Assembly (NCBI GenBank): GCA_963666835.2 | Contig: CAXXGO010000006.1 | Coordinates: 384,001-448,000, forward strand | Source of the DNA: Phycisphaerae bacterium | Lineage (GTDB): Bacteria; Planctomycetota; Phycisphaerae; UBA1845 | Direction of reading: 5' to 3' | DNA: 64,000 nucleotides | Part shown: piece after piece, positions 19,413 to 26,908 of the stretch | Layout of the letters: each line of letters opens with the position of its first letter | Position numbering within the stretch: the first letter of the stretch is position 1 | The notes under the pieces: model-generated | The model's input: only the letters and a program-made list of their open reading frames with translations | Database searches by the model: none | Told to the model about the DNA's origin: nothing | Made by a program: the position numbers and the translations under genes

Positions 19413-21694
19413 AGGTATTCGCTTTCCGGGTAGTCACGGGCCTGCAGGGCGGCGCGATCCATCTCTCGCCGGGATATGAGCTTCAGATCAGCGAAGGCGT
19501 CGTCGCGCAGGACCGTCGGGCGGATGAACGCGTAAACCTTTGTCTTCGTGCGGAGACGGTCGCTGCTCTGGAACAGTGCGCCGATGACCGGGATCCGGCC
19601 GAGCAGAGGCACCTCTGTTACCGAATCGCTCTCCGCCTCGGTCACCAACCCGCCCACAATAACGGTGTAGGCGTCAGGAACCTCGATTGTCCCGGAGAAT
19701 GAGTTCGTGGTTCGAGGCGGCGGTACCCCCACGGACCCGCTACCCGTGAAGTTGCTGAAGCTCAACGAGTAGTCGAGGGTTATGTGGTCCCCTTGGGCTA
19801 TGTGGGGCGTTACGGTCATCGTGGTGCCGGCGGACTCGAACCCCGCAAAGGACGTGGTCGCTACGGTGTCGGAGGCGTTGATGCTGGTGAAGGGCGCTTC
19901 TTCGACGCTGCCGATCGTAGCCGAGGTACCGTCGCTGAGGAGGATCTTCGGGGTCGCCATGATCCGGCTGTTGCCGTGCGCAGCGATAGCGCGAACCAAC
20001 AGGGGGGTCTCGTGCGGGCCCAGGAGCACGCCGTTGAATCCTCCGCCGGGCTGGAAAGAGCGGACCCCGGTCTCTGCATCGATCCCGGACAACCCGAAGC
20101 TCGAGAAGACTATCGATTCATAGCTTCCCATCAGCTCTTCGTTGGCCAGCTCCACGGCCATGCTCAGAGAGTCGTTGAACGTCACCGCAATCAACGTCAT
20201 CTCGATCATCACCTGCTGCTGCCGACGGTCCAGCTCATCCATCAGAGTCTGCAAGCGAACGTGGAACTCGTTAGGTCCGATGGCGATGATCGCGTTGGTA
20301 TGCTCATCATGTGACAGCACGAAGTCCTCGCCCTCGATCCTCCGCGGAACCGATCCGGGTTCCACCGGGTTCGCCGACGCGGCCTCCTCGGGGGCGGCGG
20401 ATACACTGCTTGGCCCCTGGCTGTTCGCCGGTACCCGCTGACTGTCCACGTGAGCAGGTTCCGTCACTTGCGGATCCGCGTCTTGGGGCCCCGATTCCGA
20501 GATGCTCGGCAGAAGCTGAGACAGAATACCCACCAGATCCCGAGCCAGCCGGTTACGTGGGTGATAGAAACGAAGCGGACGCGAAGTCTCGACCCCCGCG
20601 ATATCCTCCGCCTCCATCAAACGGCCGATGCGCGTGTGCATCTTCGGGGCGGCCGTCACATACAGTCGATTCGTATCCGCATCCAGGAACAGCTTCAGAG
20701 TACTCTCCCCGGTCGGCTCCTCCACGAGGACGTTCTCGATCAACAACTGCAACCGGTCCGCGGATATGTGCCTGGGGGCATAAACCAGAGTCGGCCGCCG
20801 TTCCTCCGTCGGAACGTCGAACCGCTCGATCAAGCCGGTCACCTCGGCCACCGCCTCCGCCGGTCCGATGAGCAGTATCTCCGCGTCGGTCAGATTCGCG
20901 CGAATCGCCACGGGCGGCTCCTTCAAGCCGCCCAGCTTGGCCTTGTCGGTCAGCACCTGTTGGACCCGCTCGGCGACGGCCGACGCATCTTGATGTCGAA
21001 CGGGCACGGTCGTCACCTCGACCGGGATCGGCACGACGTCCAACAGCTCGATAATGTCAATAGCCCGAGCCACCGCGGACTCGTAGTCGGTGATGATCAC
21101 CAAATGCCGGTCCGGCATCTCGATAATCGAGGCCTTCGAGGAAGAGAGGAAACTCCGCACGTGCTTGAGCACGTTCTGCATGTTCTCGGAGTGGATCTCG
21201 ACAATCTGGGAGACCACCTGGCCGGAATCGGCCGACGGAGTCAGCCGCCCGGCGCGGATGTCCTGGACGTGCCTCTGCATATCGTCGGTGGGTACGATGC
21301 GCAGCCAGCCCTCGATGTCTCCCGGCACCAGGGCCAGGTCGTTCATTCGCAGCATGCTCCGCAGAAGATCGAGAAGGTGTGTACGCGAGATTGCCACCTC
21401 CGTCGGGCGGAACACTACGGAACGGCCGTTCAGTTGATCATCATAGATGATCTTGATCTTCAGCGTCTGGCTCACATAGTCGACGAATGCCGCCAGATCG
21501 ACCTTGTCCGGGTAACTTATCTTGATAGTCTCGCCGACGTCGAGACCCTTCTCTCCCGCCCACGACTGCATCGCCCGCGACTGCCGCGGCCGCTTCTGGG
21601 CCGAGGCATCATCCGTAGCGGCGAAGAGTATGACGGCTAGGGCCACTCCGCACGGTCCGATCAGCTTGGCCGTTTGCGATGTTCGCTGCTGCAT
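19400..21694 (-). CDS. gspD: T2SS secretin GspD
   Basis: Signal peptide, repeated N-domains, QVMIEMTLI, VPLLGRIPVIGALF secretin signature. Confidence 0.93.
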   Translation of the reverse strand: MQQRTSQTAKLIGPCGVALAVILFAATDDASAQKRPRQSRAMQSWAGEKGLDVGETIKISYPDKVDLAAFVDYVSQTLKIKIIYDDQLNGRSVVFRPTEVAISRTHLLDLLRSMLRMNDLALVPGDIEGWLRIVPTDDMQRHVQDIRAGRLTPSADSGQVVSQIVEIHSENMQNVLKHVRSFLSSSKASIIEMPDRHLVIITDYESAVARAIDIIELLDVVPIPVEVTTVPVRHQDASAVAERVQQVLTDKAKLGGLKEPPVAIRANLTDAEILLIGPAEAVAEVTGLIERFDVPTEERRPTLVYAPRHISADRLQLLIENVLVEEPTGESTLKLFLDADTNRLYVTAAPKMHTRIGRLMEAEDIAGVETSRPLRFYHPRNRLARDLVGILSQLLPSISESGPQDADPQVTEPAHVDSQRVPANSQGPSSVSAAPEEAASANPVEPGSVPRRIEGEDFVLSHDEHTNAIIAIGPNEFHVRLQTLMDELDRRQQQVMIEMTLIAVTFNDSLSMAVELANEELMGSYESIVFSSFGLSGIDAETGVRSFQPGGGFNGVLLGPHETPLLVRAIAAHGNSRIMATPKILLSDGTSATIGSVEEAPFTSINASDTVATTSFAGFESAGTTMTVTPHIAQGDHITLDYSLSFSNFTGSGSVGVPPPRTTNSFSGTIEVPDAYTVIVGGLVTEAESDSVTEVPLLGRIPVIGALFQSSDRLRTKTKVYAFIRPTVLRDDAFADLKLISRREMDRAALQARDYPESEYLWMR

Positions 21695-22115
21695 GAGTGC
21701 CTCTTTCCGTCGTGGGAGGCGTTGTGCCCGACCGGCCGCACTCGACCCGCGGCGTCGCCCGAGCGACTGCGCATACCTGCTGCCGACCTCTTACCCTTCA
21801 CAAAGGGGTAATTGCACATTTGGTCCCAACGACAGACCAAGCCCGAACGAATGTCCACCGACGCTCATATCGGTGTAGGTGATAGCCCTCATGAGCTCAT
21901 CCGAATGTGGCGCAGACGTTGCGTCCGATAGCTGTGGGTATGATGCCGAAGTTGGCCTTCGGCGGCGGTGTATTGCGGGTATGACGCCCAAAACCGAAGT
22001 GATGGTCAACACGGCGTCCGTGCCGGACGATACAACTACTGTTCGATGGGTCGGGGACAATCAATCCCTACGAGAATCTCGGCGCAGAAGTTCTGTTATG
22101 GAAGGATGTCCGCGT

Positions 22116-22733
22116 ATGCAGCCGTTCCCGCAACGACTCGGTCGGTTAGCGGTCTTACTGGTGTTGCTCGGGGGCTGCGCGACCGGGCAGCGCGCCCGCT
22201 GGCTGCGGGACGCGGATAAGCCGCACCTGCGCACGCCGGTAGTGGCTCGCGAGCACAATGACCGCGGTCTGGAGGAACTGGAAAACGGGAACCTCGACGC
22301 GGCCCGAGAACAATTCCAGGAAGCGATTCTGTGCGATATGTACTACGCCCCGGCCCACAACAACTTGGGCTTGGTCCTACTCCAGCAGAACCAGCCCTAT
22401 GACGCGGCCTGGGAGTTCCAAAGTGCCATTCGGCTGAGCCCCCACGCCGCAGAGCCGCGGGCCAATCTCGGCCTGCTATACGAAGAGATCGGCCGAGTGG
22501 ACCACGCCATCACCAAGTACAAGACGGCTTTGGAATACGATCCGGAGAACGCCGCAGTCATGCGCCACCTGGCGCGGGCTTACGTCAAGGCCGGCAAAAA
22601 GGACGATAGCTTGAAGTCCGTCCTGGAGACGCTCCTCGGCGTCCCCGACGACGGCCCGTGGGACTACTGGGTGCGTGGGCAACTGATCCGCGTCGGCCGG
22701 GAGGAAGGTCCGACGCAACTGTTCGAGGAATGA
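22116..22733 (+). CDS. TPR lipoprotein, PilF/PilW-like candidate pilotin
   Basis: Lipobox LVLLGGC; TPR motifs AHNNLGLV and EPRANLGLLY; divergent from gspD. Confidence 0.75.
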   Translation: MQPFPQRLGRLAVLLVLLGGCATGQRARWLRDADKPHLRTPVVAREHNDRGLEELENGNLDAAREQFQEAILCDMYYAPAHNNLGLVLLQQNQPYDAAWEFQSAIRLSPHAAEPRANLGLLYEEIGRVDHAITKYKTALEYDPENAAVMRHLARAYVKAGKKDDSLKSVLETLLGVPDDGPWDYWVRGQLIRVGREEGPTQLFEE

Positions 22734-23018
22734 TCGCTGTTTATCCCTCCTAACAAAGGGGGGAGAAGGGGTTCCCGTCAGGCATGGTTGCCCTGAGAGA
22801 ACTCTGAGACTCGTAAGATCGGAAACGCGGGTCGGGACTAGCGAAGCCGGAATAACCGATCAGGGATTGCACAGCCGGAAACCGCAACTTTGAAGAAGGG
22901 GACTTGGCTTACGCCGACGCGCATTCAGGTGAACATGAGACCCCTTCGGCGAGGTGCGTGTGCCTATGTTCAACGAGGGCCGGATTCGGCAACGAGACCG
23001 TACAAGAGGAGAAGCGTA

Positions 23019-23882
23019 ATGATCGTTCGAACTGCGTTTGTCACGGTGACCGTGTTTCTGCTCTGCGGTCTCGGATGCGGGGTCGTTACCGTTCCGAATG
23101 ATGCAACTCCACCAGTTGACCAGAATACCGCAGATGGAGCTGACACCGTTTCCGACGATGACACGTCACTGACGGTTGCGCAGAATACGGCCGTCGGCAA
23201 CATCATCGCCGCCACCGAGGCGGTGGCCAAGATCGTTGCCGTGGTTGCCCCGGTCAAAGATGTCGAGGATTCGCTCGCAGGCGGCGCGGACTTTGTAGCG
23301 TGCCCGGCCATGGACGTTGCCTTAGAGACCGATGTCCTCGATCTGGACCTCGCCTACGCCGCGGGCTGCGGCACGAGCCATCACCCGGACGTCTCAGTCG
23401 ACGGAACCGTCAGCGGCGAACTCTACTACGCCGTCGACGCGGTGGAGCTCGAGTTCACCGACCTGAACATCGATGGCGACGTGCTTACCGGCCGAGTCGC
23501 CGGCGGGTTCGGAGCATCCGCCGCCGAGGCCACCTTTGCCGTGAATGTGAACGTTGCCCTCGGCGACGTGACCATCACCGGCGGGGCAACGGTGATCGTC
23601 GACGAGCAGACCGGCGCGATGTCCGTGCGAGACGCCACTCTTACGGTTTCGGCTCCGGACTGCGACGACGTCACGGCCGTCCTGGCAAACGTGGTCATAG
23701 ACCCGAACGCCAACGCCAACTTCGCCCCGGAATCAGGATCCCTGACCTTCGATCTCTGGGACGAATCTACTCAGACAACGGTACAACTCGTAGTCGACTG
23801 CACCGCCGACACCCCCACAACCGGCACGGCCAAAGTAGCCGTGGAAGGCGCGGATCCGACGACGTATGTCCCGGCAGATTGA
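23019..23882 (+). CDS. Acidic beta-rich hypothetical lipoprotein
   Basis: GAGGAG RBS before ATG 23019; FLLCGLGC lipobox-like motif. Confidence 0.7.
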   Translation: MIVRTAFVTVTVFLLCGLGCGVVTVPNDATPPVDQNTADGADTVSDDDTSLTVAQNTAVGNIIAATEAVAKIVAVVAPVKDVEDSLAGGADFVACPAMDVALETDVLDLDLAYAAGCGTSHHPDVSVDGTVSGELYYAVDAVELEFTDLNIDGDVLTGRVAGGFGASAAEATFAVNVNVALGDVTITGGATVIVDEQTGAMSVRDATLTVSAPDCDDVTAVLANVVIDPNANANFAPESGSLTFDLWDESTQTTVQLVVDCTADTPTTGTAKVAVEGADPTTYVPAD

Positions 23883-24057
23883 CTCCAACCCCCGAAACCC
23901 CACCAGCACCGGCCGCCGTTGGCGTTCGTAGGGCGTCCCCCCTGGCTCAAGATCTCCTCTTTGAGGATGTCCAGGAATCTGAGACCTTGTTCGCGAGACT
24001 CCGGAGGAAGCTGCGAAGTCGGCGTCGTTGTAGCGTTTTGCGGATCTTGTGTCCGAG

Positions 24058-24384
24058 TCATTGCGAGTCGTTTCCTTCTTTCGGCGCACTCGAAGCCACG
24101 AGATAACGCCGGTGGTCGTCAAGGCGGTCCCGTATCACGGTTTGGGCAGCAGGGATGGTCCAGACCTTGCCCGCGATCTCGGGAGCCCAAGCGGCCGGGA
24201 GCCCTTCAAGCACGCCGACCAGCCCTTTAATCAGCTCAAGGCGGTTTCGCATGAGTTCTTCGCGCGGCACCAGCAGCCCGGCCTCCTCCTGGTTCTTCCG
24301 CTCCTCCCGTTTGGCCCGGGCCAGCTTGTACCGGCGATCCGCCTCGCGCGTACTGCCCCGGCCTTCGTCTCTATCGCTAGCCAA
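24058..24384 (-). pseudogene. Probable remnant of a phage terminase small subunit (Nu1-like C-terminal part)
   Basis: RRYKLARAKREERKNQEEAGLLVPREE..LEGLPAAWAPEI resembles the Nu1 coiled-coil region. The in-frame stop at 24469-24471 leaves no intact N-terminal HTH. Adjacent to the att-like site. Confidence 0.5.
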
Positions 24385-24560
24385 GCGGTGTTTGTTGTTG
24401 GCGATGCTGTCTTGGCCCGCAACATCTCCGGGCCTCCGGCGAAGCCCGGTACGCCGCAGTTCTCGCGTTCAATTCGCGTATGATCCGGAAGTAGTCTTTT
24501 CCAAAACAGGGGCGTTTGGAGGCCCAAAACCGCGTTTTTTGGTGTTTAAACGTCTATAGA

Positions 24561-24606
24561 CGGACTGTCGATCCGGTTGTTGCGGGTTCGAATCCCGTCG
24601 GCCTCG
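24561..24606 (+). mobile_element. 3' half of tRNA-Asp(GTC); putative attR core of an integrated element lying to the left
   Basis: CGGA-CTGTCGA-TCCG anticodon arm, GCGGG-TTCGAAT-CCCGT T-arm, 3' acceptor strand CGGCCTC and discriminator G. No 5' acceptor strand or D-arm upstream. Confidence 0.8.
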
Positions 24607-24907
24607 TTAGAAAAACTTTAAAAAAACGATTAAGGGTGATCGATCGGGCACCCCCGGGCGCCTGCGTTTCTCTGCCTGGGCAGCAGCAGAAACGCCTGTC
24701 TGGTCGATATGGATCACCGACCCACAAATAGTGGGCGTCCTTACGGGAAACCCACTAGCTTGCGAGGTCGCCCATCCCGCCTACGGTTGGATGTTCCGTA
24801 AACGGACAGCCTGAAGGGAAATCGACCCCAATAAACGGCTGTTAAGGTCCTTTTCTGCCATTCGTCTAAGGGTGTGTACCGTTTTTAAGTTTGTTCTTAT
24901 TCTTGGG

Positions 24908-24936
24908 TTGAAGCGCACCCGATGTTTAGTTATAGT
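24908..24936 (+). promoter_or_regulatory. sigma70-type promoter
   Basis: TTGAAG-17 nt-TATAGT upstream of the CDS at 25113. Confidence 0.55.
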
Positions 24937-25112
24937 AACACCGCACGTTTCGTAAGTGGCGGTCCAGCCGGCCGGTAAGGACTGTCATCAGGGCTGTCGA
25001 CTGCGGGGGCGTGGGTCGAGCAGATCTCCTGGCTTGTGGGCTACTTCGGCGTCGTAGCGTGATCGGTTTCACGGACGCGACGCGGGACATTTCGAGAACG
25101 GAGAATCAGATC

Positions 25113-25859
25113 ATGTTCAGAGAGCGAGCAATGCTTGCGGGGGTGTTGATCGGTGTCGCGTTCATGTCGTTTGAGGCGACGGCGACTGCGGATGAAGCGG
25201 TTGATGTAGATGCGATAAAGGCGAGAGTAGCCGAGGCTGAGGCCGCGGTGGCCGAAGCGCGAGCCAACTCAAACGCCGGTTTGACCCTGGATTACCACCA
25301 GGATGGCGAGTGCCTTCTCCTCACGGCCACGGATGTGAACGGGGAGACCATGTTCCTCGACTTCTTCGCCGATGAGGACGGGGACTTCGTGCCGTTCTTC
25401 ACCGAGCCCAATGACGGTGAGACGTTCGGGATGCACCCGGGGTGGTTCACAATGGCCCTCCTCAGGTTGGAGCCCGGCGAATTGGAGTTGGAGCCTCTCG
25501 ACGCCTCAGTCCCATCGATCCCGCACGACGATATTTTCGTGTTCGTTGTTGACGAAAGTGCGGTTCTAGTGTCTCTGCTGGACCAGGGTTTCGTGATCGG
25601 CATGTACTACGCGGTGGACATCTCTGGTTCTGATGGGCCGGTTGACAGTGCTGCCCAGGCCTATGGCGGCGACGTCGTAGCGAAGAACTCGAAGAGACAG
25701 CATATCTGCGCCATGCTTGAAGAGGCGTGCTTGGGGAAGAAGACCGAGGATTGGGTTCTCGCCTGCATTGGTTGGCTACTCTTGTGCGACGACGGTGCTG
25801 AGGCGTTGCCGGAGCTGCCGGACACACCGCCGGTACGGCAGGTTGAGGTAATGCCCTGA
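25113..25859 (+). CDS. Secreted acidic hypothetical protein with a C-terminal twin Cx6C motif
   Basis: GGAG RBS; signal peptide ending ATA-DEA; own promoter and terminator. Confidence 0.75.
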   Translation: MFRERAMLAGVLIGVAFMSFEATATADEAVDVDAIKARVAEAEAAVAEARANSNAGLTLDYHQDGECLLLTATDVNGETMFLDFFADEDGDFVPFFTEPNDGETFGMHPGWFTMALLRLEPGELELEPLDASVPSIPHDDIFVFVVDESAVLVSLLDQGFVIGMYYAVDISGSDGPVDSAAQAYGGDVVAKNSKRQHICAMLEEACLGKKTEDWVLACIGWLLLCDDGAEALPELPDTPPVRQVEVMP

Positions 25860-25898
25860 CAAGGGCTCGGGGCCTGTCATAAACCGTGGCACTTCGAT

Positions 25899-25928
25899 AA
25901 GGGGGGCACCCCGGACAGCCCCCCTTTT
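25899..25928 (+). terminator. Intrinsic terminator
   Basis: AAGGGGGGC-loop-GCCCCCCTT followed by TT. Confidence 0.6.
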
Positions 25929-26171
25929 CCTATGCGCCCCCGGCGGGATCGAATCGGACGCGACGAGGCCGCGGAACGCACGTGCGGGAAGGTACGGATG
26001 CTTGGTGCATGACAAGCCAAGAAGGTCAGGCTCTGTCCGACACCTCCCGCTTGTATGCCGAATCATGTTCGATGGCGCGAGGAAGGCGCGTCACACTTCT
26101 TCATGGTAGTCTGGCGCCCGTCGGGCCGAGCCCGACCTACTGCAGCCAGGGCCGAGCATGACCTAGCGCAG

Positions 26172-26591
26172 TCAGTCGGCCAGAACACGGCGGCGGCGGC
26201 TCTTGAGTTCGCTTCGGCGGCGTTTGGCATCCAGTCGCCGCCAGCGCGACGCTGCGGTTGGGCGGGAAGGCTGCCGTGGTTTGGCGCGGTGCAGGGCGAA
26301 CGCGAGCAGCTCCACAAGGCGGTCCTCCGCCGCCGCCCGGTTCCGCGCTTGCGTCCGCTCTCGCCGACTCACCACCCGCAGCCGGCCGTCGGCGGAAAGG
26401 CGCGTGGCCAGCCTGCGACGGATCCGCAGTTTGGACGCATCGGAAAGGGCGGTACACGACGCGAAATCAAACAGCAGCGTCACCTGGGTGCTCACTTTGT
26501 TGACGTTCTGACCACCGGGGCCGGGGGAACGCGAGAAACGTGCCTCCAGCCAAGGCCGCAGGATTTCAGCATTGAGGTCTCGGCGATACAT
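26172..26591 (-). CDS. arfB: Alternative ribosome-rescue peptidyl-tRNA hydrolase ArfB
   Basis: SRSPGPGGQNVNKVST (GGQ), RTQARNR, basic C-terminal tail. Confidence 0.92.
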   Translation of the reverse strand: MYRRDLNAEILRPWLEARFSRSPGPGGQNVNKVSTQVTLLFDFASCTALSDASKLRIRRRLATRLSADGRLRVVSRRERTQARNRAAAEDRLVELLAFALHRAKPRQPSRPTAASRWRRLDAKRRRSELKSRRRRVLAD

Positions 26592-26708
26592 CGATCACCC
26601 TGCCGCGATAGGTCGGGACGAACCGTCTGAGGAAGATCGCGAAGCGCCCCCCGCAGACCCTGCCCCGAAAATGCTCCCGAACAGGGGACGGTCTCTCAGC
26701 TTCGCCAT

Positions 26709-26781
26709 TGGGCCCACGAGGACTTGAACCTCGGACCTCGTCGTTATCAGCGACGCGCTCTGCCAACTGAGCTATGAGCCC
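26709..26781 (-). tRNA. tRNA-Ile(GAT), CCA not encoded
   Basis: GGGCTCATAGCTCAGTTGGCAGAGCGCGTCGCTGATAACGACGAGGTCCGAGGTTCAAGTCCTCGTGGGCCCA folds into a full cloverleaf. Confidence 0.96.
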
Positions 26782-26851
26782 CTGGTGCGTCCGAAACGCC
26801 CACTTTCAGTATACCAAGCGAGCCACCGTTTCGAACACCCACTGCCGCAAA

Positions 26852-26879
26852 AATCTAGCCGCGCCGCGCCGATTGTCAA
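26852..26879 (-). promoter_or_regulatory. sigma70 promoter for tRNA-Ile (possibly tRNA-arfB)
   Basis: TTGACA-16 nt-TAGATT; a second extended -10 (TGGTATACT) lies at about 26808-26816. Confidence 0.55.
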
Positions 26880-26908
26880 CACGCCGTTTGCGCGGGCGTC
26901 CGAGAACA

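Noticed and set aside
24534..24606. Complete tRNA-Asp gene
   Set aside because: No 5' acceptor strand or D-arm; only the 3' half is present.
26566..26600. Frameshifted alternative arfB start (VIDVSPR.. in another frame)
   Set aside because: An in-frame ATG at 26591 gives a normal-length protein, and no slippery site is evident.
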